64,000 nucleotides of DNA from Malacoraja senta (Eukaryota), in NCBI GenBank assembly GCA_038087875.1, contig CM075980.1:9982001-10046000 (forward strand), given 5' to 3'. The position numbers and the translations under genes were made by a program. The stretch's first letter is position 1. The number at the start of each line of letters is the position of its first letter. The notes under the pieces are model-generated. The model worked only from the letters and a program-made list of their open reading frames with translations. It was not told where the DNA came from and made no database searches. This document shows positions 12,016 to 24,514 of this stretch, in pieces.

Positions 12016-13890
12016 AATTTTAGTGACATGGATATTTATTTTTGCACAGAAATACTCAATAGATTTTCTGTAAATGTAACTGCATTAAAATTGTAAAAAT
12101 GTAACACAGACGTGTGAAACAGAAATCGGTTGTTAGAAACATTGTTTGTCACCATGTTCTAACAATGGATAACGAGGCTCCAGAGGGAGCCACCCTCCAT
12201 TGTAATTCTGCTGCACTGTTTTCTGTTGAAGCTTCCTTTCATTGGCAAAAGACAGGCACATTTTGGCTAGCTACATTTTTTTTTAGCTTATGTGAATCTC
12301 AGTCCGAGTAACTGTTGCTTGCTGCTATATTTTGTTTTGTCGAGTGCATTTATGCATTGATTTCATATCTGGTGTAAAGAACATTTTTGCGTGGGAAGGA
12401 TTTTAAGTACATTTTGTTTCAAGAAAATATAAAAGTATTGCTCGTTTGAAGCATGAAACTCATTGAAATATCAGTTAGAAATTAACACTGGAATTCACAC
12501 ATAATTGAGTTTTATCTAGTAAAAGGCAGAAGTGTTTTCTGCAGTTTTACAGGTAAATATTTACATTTCATGCTTGCTCATATTGAGAAGAGCAAATTGT
12601 TACTTCCATTTATCATGAGACAGTCTTGGTGGTGTGAAATAATGTAGATTTGTATATATGAACATTAGTACTTATAATAGGGAACATGCTATATGATTGG
12701 AATCTGTCTTTCCTAAGTAACATCTGTATATTGAATCATAATCAACACCCACGGGGAATGAGAGGCTGATCCTTGACATGTATCATTTTGTATCTGGGAA
12801 TATTTCAGTGGGTTACTGTGCAATGTTCCAATATTCAGGCTATATAGACACTATTACTTTGATAAAATTAAATTTTGCCATGCGTTTCCTCCCAGGAGAG
12901 CAGTGAGCTCAGCGGGTTGAGAAAGGCATTACAATGGCCTTATTTCCCTTTCATTTATGCATTGATGGAAGTTTTCACAGAGGGGTGTGTGTCATTTCAC
13001 AAAGCACAAGGTTGAGATTTGAAGAAGTCATTGTGGCTTTATCGCTTGCTCTGTAGGACTTTATCACACATATTTGCACTGAGAATATGTGTTGGTAGTC
13101 ATGAGGTTGGAATGCTTTTTGTCCCAGGTTGCTGAGTAGTATTTCCCATTAATTAACAAAAGGGAATTGAAATTGAAATGCAATTTTTTGACATAAGAAT
13201 ATTGAGTGTCTGTTCTTAAATATGGGATTCAATTTACACCATAGTGAGTTTCTTAACTGTCATCATTACATAAAACATTAAAGAAAGGTTGAGACTCTGA
13301 GGCCATGTAGGTTCTGATAGCAGTGATCATTTTGGCACACTGTTCTTTCCCATAGCTCTGCAATGTTCTTATTCAAGATTCTACAAATTTAAAGTTGTGG
13401 GCATCCAGGCCTTCTGATAACTGGGTGGTATGTTGTCTCACACTGTGCCCTTTTGGTGTGTGTAACGCCTTAACATTTCTGTTCCAACTGGACAGATCCT
13501 GGCTCATAAGGAGGTGAATGTGATACAGTGGCAGGCATAGCAAGTCAGACATAATTACAACTTTTAAAAATCTATTTATGCATGGCTCATTGGACTATCT
13601 GGTTGATCAGATCATGAACTATTGTTGAGGGGCAGCGCATGAAACGACTGGAAACCTGGCTGAGATATCCAGTGAGCTTAACCGCCAACCGAATGATGCT
13701 CCAGAATGACTTGCTCCCTGAACTGGAAAGGATTGAAAGATAAACTGAGCTGTTGTGTGAGAATGCAGGGATGTTTTCATACAAGGTCATCCCTCCCCAA
13801 ATAGGAAAAATAACCAAAACGTGCATCTGTGATATGCTTGTTCTCACTGAAATGGCTTCAACATAAACTGGCATTGATTTTCTTAAAGGT

Positions 13891-14189
13891 GGACAAAAAT
13901 GCTGGAGAAACTCAGCGGGTGAGGCAGCATCTATGGAGCGAAGGAATAGGTGACGTTTCGGGTCGAGACCCTTCTTCAGACTGATGTGGAGTGGGGGGGG
14001 GAGCGGGAAGAAGAAAGGAAGCGGCAGAGACAGCAGACAGAAGGGGAGGGGAAGGAGAGAGAAAGCAAGGACTACCTGAAATTGGAGAAGTCAATTCCTG
14101 CGGTTGCAAGGGAAAGTACCAGGGGAGGGGGTGGTTTGGGTGGGAATGGACGAATTGACCAGGGAGTTACAGAGGGAGCGGTCTCTGTG
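13891..14189 (-). mobile_element. Penelope-like element fragment: pLTR with intact minimal hammerhead core plus ORF remnant
   Basis: 15-bp TSD GATTTTCTTAAAGGT (13876-13890, 14190-14204). Minus strand reads CTGAAGAAGGGTCTCGACCCGAAACGTC. Peptide RDRSLCNSLVNSSIPTQTTPSPGTFPCNRR resembles the PLE linker before GIY-YIG. Confidence 0.8.
13949..13983 (-). ncRNA. Putative minimal type I hammerhead ribozyme (GUC site)
   Basis: CUGAAGA-A-[GGGUC UC GACCC]-GAAA-C-G-UC; helix I is short or imperfect; activity untested. Confidence 0.6.
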
Positions 14190-14278
14190 GATTTTCTTAA
14201 AGGTTCCTTTGGCAGAGGACATGATTTGGTCTTGTAAATATTGGATTAATGTTCGAAAGGGATTTTCCTGAATTTGGT

Positions 14279-15267
14279 AGACGAAAATGCTGGAGAAACT
14301 CGGCAGGTGAGGCAGCATCTATGGAGCGAAGGAAATAGGCAACGTTTCGGGTCGAGACCCTTCTTCAGACAAAAAGTCGCCTATTTCCCATAGAGTGTGG
14401 CAGCCTTGTTTGCAGCTGTTCGTTTTTCAACCTTTAAAAAAAAATTTAGTTTGTTAAAAAGTTTTGTTCTAGAGGCCTTTTAGTCTTTTTATGTGGGGTA
14501 TGGGGGAGGGGGAAAACCGTTTTTTCCAGTCCCTACCTGGTCGAGGATGTGTCTTTCCTCCAAGCCGCATCTTCGCCCCCTCCTCGTGGCCTATCATTCG
14601 GATTGGCGCGGCCTTTTCTGCCAGAGCTTCGAGCTGCAGCACTGAAGTACCATCGCGGAGCGGGGCAATGCCTTACCCGGTTCGCTGTGTTGGAGCTCCG
14701 GAGTGCTGGGACTGCCGACTTCAACATTGTGGAGCTGTGGTCTGCGCAGCGTCCAGCTGCGGGCAGCGCTGACTTTAAACACCGCGGAGCCTGGGATCTT
14801 TCGCCGAGATCACCAGTGTTGGAGCTCCGACCAGCGCGGCCTGTTGACTTCGGGAGCGGCCGTTTCGAAACTCCAAGCCGTTGTGAGCGTTCTTCTGACG
14901 CCGGAGTTCCATCATTCCGGTGAGAGGGCCGGAAACATCGGGCCGCCGTAGCGGCGACTGCGGGGGCCTCAATAGGCCCCGACCACGGGTGAACATGGAG
15001 GATGTGGACTGAACTTTGCTGCCTTCCCTCACAATGGGAAACGTTGATCCCGCTGTGGGGGGATGTTTTTTATGTTTAATGTTAAATTCTATAATGTTGT
15101 GTTTATTTTATTTGTGTGCTGCAATGGCAACTCAAATTTCACTGCACCAATTGGTGTATGTGACAATAAATGTCCTTTGTCCTTTGTCCATAGATGCTGC
15201 CTACCCTGCTGAGTTTCTCCAGCATTTTGTCTACCTTCGATTTATCAGCATCTGCAGTTCTTAAACA
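14279..15267. mobile_element. Inverted pair of Penelope pLTR-like repeats, interrupted by a SINE-like insertion
   Basis: 14-bp TSD TTCCTGAATTTGGT (14265-14278, 15268-15281); intact hammerhead core on the minus strand at 14341-14370. Confidence 0.8.
14395..15187 (+). mobile_element. CpG-rich non-coding retroposon (SINE-like) with Rex1/Babar-like 3' tail
   Basis: 7-bp TSD CCATAGA (14388-14394, 15188-15194); ends TTCACTGCACC..GGTGTATGTGACAATAAA(TGTCCTT)n; internal short repeats (GGAGCTCCG, GACTT). Confidence 0.7.
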
Positions 15268-15977
15268 TTCCTGAATTTGGTGGGAGGCCATCAGAAGTGA
15301 GAGATGGCAGAAACAGTCAGTTTCGCCCAAGATAGACAAGAAGTTATGCTGTGGATTTCTTAGAAATATGAAATTATTTGAATGTTTGTCAGAACATAGG
15401 GTGTCCAATAACCCCCAAAAAAGTTATTTCACTGAAGTAACAGCATATGATCTGTGGATATGATAATTGCTTTTAACTGATTATGTTTCTAGCGCATTTC
15501 ATAACCTAATCCTCTGTCATATCCATCACACTGCCATTATCTTCAAACCTAAGGACCAATACTGGCTCAATGTGGAGTATAGAAGGACAGGCCAGGCCAG
15601 GAGTAGGATCTGGTATTAAATGAACTGCCTGTGCGATGAAGCTATAACACAACTAATGCATGCAGACCATTGAATCAGCTTGTTAATAAGTGCTCATGGG
15701 AGATGGCTTCATGAATATCTCCATCAATTAAAGCAGAGATAAGAAATTTAAAACAGAACATACTGGAAATAATCAGGCAGGCCTGGCAGAGGTCAGTGCA
15801 TGAGTATTAAAGAAAAAGCCAAAGCATTGATAGTCAGGGATGCTAAGTCGATGCTTCACTTTGGTTTCTATAGAAGACAATCTTTAGCTTTTTTTCATTC
15901 ATTCCATGTGATTATTTTTCAAAACAGCCAAATGCAAGAAGTGCAGATGAGGCCTGATACTCACAAGATACCAGCTG

Positions 15978-16070
15978 CAGAGTTGAAAAAAGGTCCAGAC
16001 ACAAAACGTCACCTATCCATGTTACCAGATGCTGCCTGACCCACTAAATTATTCCAGCACTTTGTGTTTT
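15978..16070 (+). mobile_element. Degenerate Penelope pLTR-like repeat
   Basis: AAACGTCACCTATCCATGTT..AGATGCTGCCTGACCC..TCCAGCACTTTGTGT. Confidence 0.7.
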
Positions 16071-16829
16071 TTTCTCTTATGTAGCCAATTACTGCCATGT
16101 GCCGCTGACTCATAATTATTAGCAAAATGATGAAAGAAAGCATTGTTATTTGACACTTAACATTTCAGTGTTTTTCAACTTGTGTAATAGTAAGTGAGTT
16201 AGGACCCTTCATATGCCAAACGTACACTATTGTTAGTTCAATTGTAACACAGCATCTACTGCTTTGGCTTTGACTGACTAGTTGTGCACAAGATTTGTAT
16301 TTGGGATGTTTCTAGTTTGTTCATTGAATTGGGAACTGATAGGAAGCTGAATCATTCTGTGAGATCATATTTCATTGTTAGTGCAGGGTTGATTTGAAGT
16401 CTATTGTGGACTAGTGTTAACATAATATTGGCAGGAAGGAGATCACAGGTCAAACTGTATGGCTGTATTGTGAATGAACATGGATTTTCATTACTATTGT
16501 GCGAAGGCTATTGTGTATAGGACAATAAGTAGCTGACAATTAAATTGTACTGGTTCGTTTGTTTAATTCTCATGACTTTAAAAACAATCTACGAATCTGT
16601 GGAACCACAATTTTGCATTACTCTTAATGAACTAACTCAGTATTCCACTTCTAACAATTAATCAAGAAGTGTTAATAATTTCAAATTCTGATCAATTATT
16701 CCAAAATATTTTACTTTAAATGGTGACTTCATTAATAAATCAATATGATAAATCACCAGCAATAAAGAGCATACCTTTGGTAGTCCTGTAGTTTCAGTTG
16801 TGTGTTTGAGTTTGACCAGTTTATTCTTC

Positions 16830-18480
16830 TCAAGCTGACCCTCTTGAGTCGAGGATGATTTGTTTTCACTTCATTTCAGTGGGTTCTGAGGTAACTAATA
16901 AATTGTATGTGGTAACCTTGAACTCCCCCCAATAGATGGTGCAAGTGAAGCATGATGGGTCAGGTGGATTGATTAAAATGTATACTCCCTCTTTTCGCAC
17001 ATTGCCGTCTCAATACCTTCCCATCTGCTTTTCTGCTAGTCTTTCTCATGAATCAGTATGGATGTTACATCTTTTTAAAGTGACCATGGGAACTGTCTGT
17101 TTGGGAATTGCTTACTAATTAGAAGTCATGTGCTTGTATGAGGAATCTAGTGACAGACATTCTAGCAATTGGAAATGATTGCATGTGATCAGAGCCTTGC
17201 AGCTGGGAATGTTGGCCATGGACGAGTCCCCTGATTATTTGTTTTCCTGTCATGCCAATTGATTGAATATTCTGCAAAGGCATTGTTGGTGATAGTGTTT
17301 TGAGGTGCAGACTGTAAGTTGATCTTGTGTCCAAAACGTATGGAAGGAAACACTACCATATGCAGGACTTGAGATCTTGGCCTTTAAGCACTTTTCTTTC
17401 CTTGAGGTAGTTGAAGACAATACTTTCTCTTTGAATGAGTTGGGCAATTTTCTCATTCTGCTTTCGATGAAAGTTGGCTGCTGAGAAAGGGAGAGTATTC
17501 CATGTTAAAGGGAGTCGCATCTGGATTTTGATCATCAAGCACTCTGTTGTGCGATGGAACATTTGTCTTTCTGAGCTCCATCCTTCGAATGGCTGAAGTA
17601 TGGTTTAGAGCCCAACCTCCGAGGGGTTGGACAGGCTAGATGCAGGAAGATTATTCCCGATGTTGGGGAAGTCCAGAACTAGGGGTCACAGTTTAAGGAT
17701 AAGAGGGAAGTCTTTTAGGACCGAGATGAGAAAATCATTTTTTACACAGAGAGTGGTGAATCTGTGGAATTCTCTGCCATAGAAGGTAGTTGAGGCCAGT
17801 TCATTGGCTATATTTAAGAGGGAGTTAGATGTGGCCCTTGTGGCTAAAGGCATCAGGGGGTATGGAGAGAAGGCAGGGATGGGATACTGAGTTGGATGAT
17901 CAGCCATGATCATATCGAATGGCGGTGCAGCCTCGAAGGGCCGAATGGCCTACCCCTGCACCAATTTCTATGTTTCTATGCAATCATTAACTATATTTTG
18001 TTGCTGTGATTGTGACTAAAGTGGTTTTGGTTCTGTAGTGGAGGTGATGAAGATTGGATAGGTTCCACTCAGACTCCACTTAGAGATGAGGTGAATAATG
18101 GTAGAATACTGTATTATGAAGAGGATGTGATAACTCCAGTGGTATAGAGTTTGTGGTGGATTTGTGAGTAAGAATCATGGTTTGCATGTCTTTGTAGAGT
18201 ACGTCCTCACCCTCCAGATAAACTTTCTCAGTTGATGGTGTCAAAGGCTTTTATCAAAATCTAAATTGGCCATGTACATTGGTTGATGCTGTAGCTATGT
18301 TTTTCATGGATTTGATGCAAGGTGATATAATTTCCATTGTGGCTCTTGAGCAAAATATGTATTGCAGCTCTAAGGAGCTCATCAATGACTTTCTCTGTAC
18401 CAGATAGCAGGACAACTCTGTTGTAAAGTAATTACAACATTTGGATTGCCCCTTGAAAACATTATGTATTAAATCAGCCA
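16830..18480 (-). mobile_element. Degenerate RTE-clade LINE, interrupted by a CR1 fragment
   Basis: Frameshifted minus-strand remnants (YGS..WT..HLKTL..YHQQCLCRI) and RTE-like 3' end CCCTCTTGAGTCGAGGATGA at about 16840. Confidence 0.55.
17622..17980 (+). mobile_element. Young CR1 3' fragment
   Basis: Closely matches 42545-42900; ends in (TTTCTATG)n. Confidence 0.92.
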
Positions 18481-19204
18481 GCAAGTTAAAGACAGTGCAT
18501 AACTTACGGTAAATATGCTTTACTTGCTTTGAAATAAACTGATTGGTTATAATTCTGTTTAGGTTGTGCATTTCAGAAAACAATTAAAATGTATTTTTAA
18601 AGATATTCTACAAACAGCACTTATGCCTGATGCTGTGGTAAGGCATCACTATAAAATCAGGTACAATCCTTTAAATGCAATGAAGGAAGAATAGTCTTTG
18701 CATTGACATGATTCTGTCAATTATAGCCATTTGGACTCCGAATGTGATTGATGGAGATTTAATAATCATTCACTGGGAACTGCTATGTTACTGTGTGTAA
18801 TTGTAGTCATTTGTAGACCATTGCCAATGATCTGTCACAATCTTAATACTTAATACTTTTTACAATTTTACTCATTAATTTGTTCTCAAGTTGCTTATGG
18901 CATACTGCCAAAATGCAAGACTCTTGCTTACTATTTGTTTTACTTGGTAAAATTAGGCTGCAAATTGTAGGGAACCACATTGATAAGGCAAGATCTGTAG
19001 GAGTATGAAATCACTTAATTAGTCCTGTACTATCCAGAAGATTATTATTTTGTTTGTAATAAAATTGTTGGTGAAGTGCATTTTCTGCAGACTCTCACAA
19101 ATAACCATGTTCAATGGGGTTTTAGCACCTTAGTACTAAGGGTTGAATTTTATGGTAGTATAACAGGTATCATTTTTAAGACCATACCTTTTTTCTCTTT
19201 ACAG

Positions 19205-19339
19205 CTTCAAACCTATCATTCAGTATATTGACAATCAGTTTGAACGATATCTTCATGATGAGAGTGGCTTGAACAGACGGCATATCATAGACAACAGAGT
19301 GCATTGCTGTTTCTACTTCATCTCTCCTTTTGGCCATGG
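19205..19339 (+). CDS. SEPT2: Septin-2(-like) coding exon: [45 protein letters not shown]
   Basis: Polypyrimidine tract and acAG at 19203-19204, donor GTaagg at 19340; 135 nt; phase matches the previous exon (TG+C = Cys). Absent from the ORF track. Confidence 0.96.
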
Positions 19340-19654
19340 GTAAGGAAGTAGGCTGATATTGAATCTACATGCCAGTCTTAGTCTTTGCTGCACCCAAGCT
19401 TAGTAATGGAAGGATGCGTAGTGATATCAACCCGAAGTGAGGAAGCTGATTCACATTTTGATCATTTTACCATGGTATATGATTAAGAGTAGTCACTAAA
19501 TAAAGTCTGTTATACTTTAAAGCATGAGTTAGTGTTAGATGTAGGGTCACCACCTGTTGCACTTCTTTTCAAAATATTCTACAGCAAATAGGCCACATAA
19601 AGACCTTATTTTCCAAATAAAACATCAACTTAATCAGTTGTCATCACCTTAGAT

Positions 19655-20309
19655 CTGGTAGACACGAGCCTGAACAGCACCTTGCGAACCATCACTGGGT
19701 GCCTTCAACCTACTTCAGTCGAGCAGCTCCCTATACTTGCAGGCATTCCGCCTGCAGGGATCCGAAGGCAAGCAGCAACTCTGGCACTATCTCATCGTGC
19801 CATGGACCCAGATCACCTCCTTCATCAGGCTATCAGCAGAGAGCAGAGCCACCCCGATTGAAGTCCCATCACCCCTTTGCTCCACATGGAAAACAACTCC
19901 TAGCATCCATCCAGCCAACTGAGACAAAAGCACACTGGATAGCCACCAAGTGGTCACAGGAGTGGAAGGCAACCTCATCTCCATTACACAGCTACATCTC
20001 TTCACCAGTTAAAAGCTGTCCAGGGTCTGATCTCCCCAGAGGAGCATGGGTGAAGCTCAACAGACTTTGTACTGGAGTTGGGCGTTTCAATGCCAGCCTG
20101 TGGAGATGGGGGCTCTGCCAGAGCCCAGCCTGTGAAAGCGGAGCAGAACAACAGGCAGCCAACCATGTAATCTCTGAGTGCCCGCTCTACCACCCACCAA
20201 ATGGAGTTTAGGGCCTAGCAGACATTGATGCAGAAGCAACAACCTGGCTGCTCAACGCCCGGCTTGAGGTCTAACTATTCCTTTGGTTTGTTTCATTCGC
20301 AAGAAGAAG
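19655..20309 (+). mobile_element. 5'-truncated LINE, Vingi/Ingi-like (clade tentative)
   Basis: 12-bp TSD ATCACCTTAGAT (19643-19654, 20310-20321); peptide WVKLNRLCTGVGRF..WGL..SPACESGAEQQAANHVISECP; (GAA)n tail. Confidence 0.75.
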
Positions 20310-21585
20310 ATCACCTTAGATATCTGAGATTTTTGTTTGGCTATCTTGGCATGCAATCAAAACAGTGCTGCATTCCACCATATGAATTTTGTTTAGTTTA
20401 TAGTCATATAGCACTGTAGCAAGCCCTTTGTTACAACATATGCACACCAACAAATACCCATCTGCACAAACCCCATTAATGAGCACTTGGTCCGTAGTCT
20501 TTTGTTCCTAGGCAATCAAATATTCACCCACATTCTTATGTATTGTGAGGAAACCCTCACAATACCTCCAATGCCTCCAAATTCCAAACACTCCCAACCC
20601 TTCCACTCTTCAGCAATCATGCTCATATTTGCAGATAACGAAACCTATCCCTCTTTAACTGTTGTATTTTATCTCTTACTTTTGACGAGAATGATCTACA
20701 TTTACCCCATTGCTGTGCTCAGATTGCTGCAGTCTGTGTTCACCCACGCAATCAGCAGTTCCTTGTCAGAGGTTAGTTATTATTGTGGATTTGGGTCGTG
20801 AATGGAATAACTAGCAGATAAAATAGAACACAAATACATTCAGACTTGATTAAAGGATGAAATTATGCACGCGTAAACAAAACCGATAGGGAAGCTGGAT
20901 GTTTTGGAATATGCTAGCTTAACATCTGATGAGAAGGAGGACTGGAGTGTCTTGAGATTTCTTGCATGTACTGCTTTGTTGACTTGCCTCCCTCTCTCTA
21001 TCTCCTCTTCCCCAGAGGGTATTGTTACCATTCTGGATTGGGGTTTAAAAGTTTCATAGGTCTGTGACCCTTTGTTCTTACGGAACCTGGTCCAAGAGAT
21101 TGTGTGATTCACTCCGTTTTGGGAGAAGTTGGAGCCAATTTGAATCATGTTGCATAAATTAACTTATTGTGGACACTGGTGGGAGAGAATGAGGGGATGA
21201 AAAAAGCCTTTGCCAAATTTTTTTTTCACCCCCCTTGGTACAAATGATGACTCTAATTGAACACTTTCTGGAACATGGTTCAGTGCAGCACCTTGTGGTG
21301 AACTCTTGCCTCCGCTGTAGTACTGTTTATCTTTTTTTTTAATGTTTTATTTTAACATGGTCTCAGTATGAGATAATGTTCACTACCATTGGTGTTTTGG
21401 GAAATATGCAAGTTATCCTAGTACTAGGATACATGTTATGCAACAAGCTATAGCAAAGATTATGAAAGTAAGACATTATGATTAAAAAAAGCCGAAAGAC
21501 ATGATTTCTGGAATTTTAAAATATATGGAGGGAATGGTAACTTATGCTTTTAATGCCATATCTAACTATTTGCCATCTTGTACAG

Positions 21586-21703
21586 GTTGAAACCTCTGGA
21601 TGTGGAATTTATGAAGGCCATTCACAGCAAAGTAAATATTGTACCTGTGATTGCTAAGGCAGACACACTGACATTGAAGGAACGGGAACGACTGAAGCGA
21701 AGA
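21586..21703 (+). CDS. SEPT2: Septin-2(-like) coding exon: [39 protein letters not shown] (G4 motif AKAD)
   Basis: tacAG acceptor at 21584-21585, GTaagt donor at 21704; 118 nt, in phase. Confidence 0.96.
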
Positions 21704-22089
21704 GTAAGTAGTTATTGTTTATTATCTACATCAAGTTCAGGTAGGAGGATATTTTTCCTCGTCAATTTTTCCCATTTGTTTTACAATAAATTTCACTTAT
21801 TTGCTGTTTTTGGTGGAAATTGACTAAGTATATAAAGTTCAGTTTTTACAAATATTTTTTTTAATTGGATAATATTTGAATATTGTTCTCCATAGAATCA
21901 GCAGTAATGCATATCTTAACAACACGTTGCAACTGAAGTCCCACACCTCTGATTCATGATATTCTACCCAGTAATTTATGGATGTTGAATTTCATTCCAT
22001 CACCCACACACTCAGTGTTACTTTGTGCAGCCTGATACATATCAATTTCGAGTTCATGATGGCAACATAGCAAAAAATGTATTATTTGT

Positions 22090-22262
22090 GGATACAAGGA
22101 ACTGCAGATGCTGGTTTACAAAAAAAGACACAAAGTACTTGAGTTCTGGTCAGGTAGCATCTCTGTAGAACATAGATAGCTGAAGTCTCATCTCCATCGA
22201 TAGTTGATGTTTTAGGTCGGGACCTGGAGATGCTGCCTGATCCACTCCAGCACTTTGTGTTT
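22090..22262. mobile_element. Degenerate inverted pair of Penelope pLTR-like repeats
   Basis: GGAACTGCAGATGCTGG..GACACAAAGTA at the left; GATGCTGCCTGA..CCAGCACTTTGTGT at the right. Confidence 0.7.
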
Positions 22263-23547
22263 TATTATTATCCTGTGACTGCTAAGGTGAGGTAATCTTG
22301 AGGTAATGGGAACAACATAGGCAGAGAAACTAATTGTTGCTTTTGGCCTTTGTTAAGTCTGAGTGCAGTAACGAGCACAACATATCTGCACAGCACATTA
22401 CAACCATTTTCAGATTGTTTAACTAATTTCACGATTATTGACATAATTCTTAAATACAGAATGTCGATTTATTTAAATAATAAGGAAATCTGTGGCAAGC
22501 TTTCCTGCCACTCTTGATTTACAATACAGAACTGCTGGAATGTGTTCTTTTTAATTTGCTTGCCCGTTACTTCGACTTTGAGGCTGGAATGGGTTAACAG
22601 TAAGAACACATTTGGTGGAAGCATTTATTCTACTAGTATTCTTTGTTTTCAGCAGGCCTTTCAGCTTTGTAGGTGGGCCACTTTGTACATAAATTGTAGC
22701 TGTCTATTGTAATAGGCAAAGGAAACATAAAAGTTTTTTATCAGTAAACCAAGTTATTGCAGCAATTGTGGACAAAGCCATTTAAATGTCTTGGTTATTG
22801 TTCTCATGAATGCAGAAATCAACACTTAAGTCGTTGCTGCAGAAAATCACAAGCTAGTAAGAAATTACCATTCCAACATGGCTTTAGGGAAAACAACATG
22901 TTTAAAAACCTGGTATCCCATATCGTTTCCTGGAAGGTTGATTTTGATTTTCTTTGCAAGCTGCTTTTTTAAATTCTGGGAAATGTGAATCCACTTCTCT
23001 TAGGTCATAAGGTCTTTGAAAATTTTACCGAGTGACTTATCCTACACCGAAATAGAAAGTAAAATAATCTTCTACGAAAAAGAAATTAATTATTAGCAGA
23101 ATTATATCAAATAATTTTTTTGTATAGCTCGAGAGCCCATTGTTCTATGTTTAGTAAGTATGAGGCACTTAATAACTTTCTCCAATTTTGACATATAACC
23201 TGGCTACATTCTGTACTGGATTAGCCCAGAGCATATTGCACTCAAGAAAAGATAATATTTTCCATTAAAAAAATATTTTCCCTTCTCAATCACAAAAAGA
23301 TTGCAGGTGAAAAGGAGGCTATTCATCCCTTTGGGGACCCTTTCCTATTTTCATGAACTTAATTGTACTTCCCAACTTCTCTGCCAAAAATATTACTGGA
23401 AAGAGCACAATTTGTATTGGTTGGGGAAGAGAGGAAAATCTTGGTCTCAGTTTTAAATTCCGATCAGATAATCAGACACCTGGCTCCCTTTTAAAAATAC
23501 ATTTAAAGAAAGAATTTGGATTTATATGGATCTGGCACATCCACTGG

Positions 23548-23687
23548 GCACAATCAGACTTTACTGGACTGTATCTTGCACTAACATTATTCCCTTTATC
23601 CTGTATCTGTACACAGTGGACATCTTGATTGTAATCATGTATATTCTTTCAGCTGACTGGACACTAAACTAAACTAAACCAAACTAA
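23548..23687 (+). mobile_element. LINE 3'-UTR fragment (Rex1/Babar-like) with (CTAAA)n tail
   Basis: TATCTTGCACTAA..TATCTGTACAC.GTGGAC..TTGATTGTAATCATGTATA followed by ACTAAACTAAAC. Confidence 0.55.
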
Positions 23688-23959
23688 GTTATTGAATGCA
23701 CATTTTTGGTTGTGCAGTATATTCAGTGTCAATAATTTTCCGAGAGCAGAATTTCAGATAATGACGCATTAGCATTTTATATTTTTTTTAAATGGTTATA
23801 TATGGGAAAATATACTGTCTGGGTAACAGTGAAAATCTTCTATTCTTTTATATTATTTAGGTAGTTAGGGGCTCCTTTTTAATATCTCCCTTCCAAAATA
23901 CAGAGTCCACAACACATTTGTCTCAGTACTGCACTTAAGCTGTCAACATAGATATAAAA

Positions 23960-23960
23960 C

Positions 23961-23992
<32 letters not shown>

Positions 23993-24006
23993 AGATTGAT
24001 AGATTG
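23960..24006. repeat. (GATT)n/(GATA) microsatellite
   Basis: Seen directly. Confidence 0.95.
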
Positions 24007-24217
24007 TCAGTCGAGACCTGCGGTGGACCTTAACTTACAAACATCTGACTTGGAGTAAGAATATTGTCAAAAGAATCTTTGGGTGTCAGTGAATAAGTTT
24101 GTGCTATAAATATAGTAGATGTTGCCCATCTCCAGCAAGGAAAAGCCAAACATCCTTCCCAAACCTCAGTAGCAATATTGCTGAGTCAACGCCAATTGTA
24201 ATCTTAACTGACCAGCA

Positions 24218-24514
24218 TTTTAGATGTTAGAGATGCAATGTAGAAACAGGCCCTTCACCCCACCGAGGCTGCGCCGACTAGCGATCGCTGTACACTAACG
24301 CCATCCTACACACTAGGGACAATTTGCAATTTTACCAAAGCCAATTAACCCACAAACCCATATGTCTTTGGAGTGTGGGAGGAAACCAGAGAAAACCTAA
24401 GTGGTCACAGGAAGAACATACAAGCTCCGTACAGACAGCACCCATACTCAGGATTGAACCAGGGTCTCTGGCGTTGTAAGGCAACAGCTCCACCGCTGTG
24501 CCACTGTGCCGCCC
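24218..24514 (-). mobile_element. Near full-length tRNA-derived V-SINE (HE1-like)
   Basis: Minus strand: GGGCGGCACAGTGGCACAGCGG (A box), GGTTCAATCC (B box), central V-like domain (GTCTGTACGGAGCTTG..GGTTTCCTCCCACACTCCAAAGAC), CR1-like tail GGGCCTGTTTC. Confidence 0.88.

Noticed and set aside
12120-12310. Possible enhancer with SOX-like motifs (AACAATG, CATTGT)
   Set aside because: Short motifs occur by chance and no conservation data are available.
14530-14546. CCCTACCTGG resembling the U1 snRNA 5' end
   Set aside because: The match is too short and nothing downstream resembles U1.
24440-24514. tRNA gene
   Set aside because: The A/B boxes belong to a V-SINE head that continues into SINE body and tail; no full cloverleaf.
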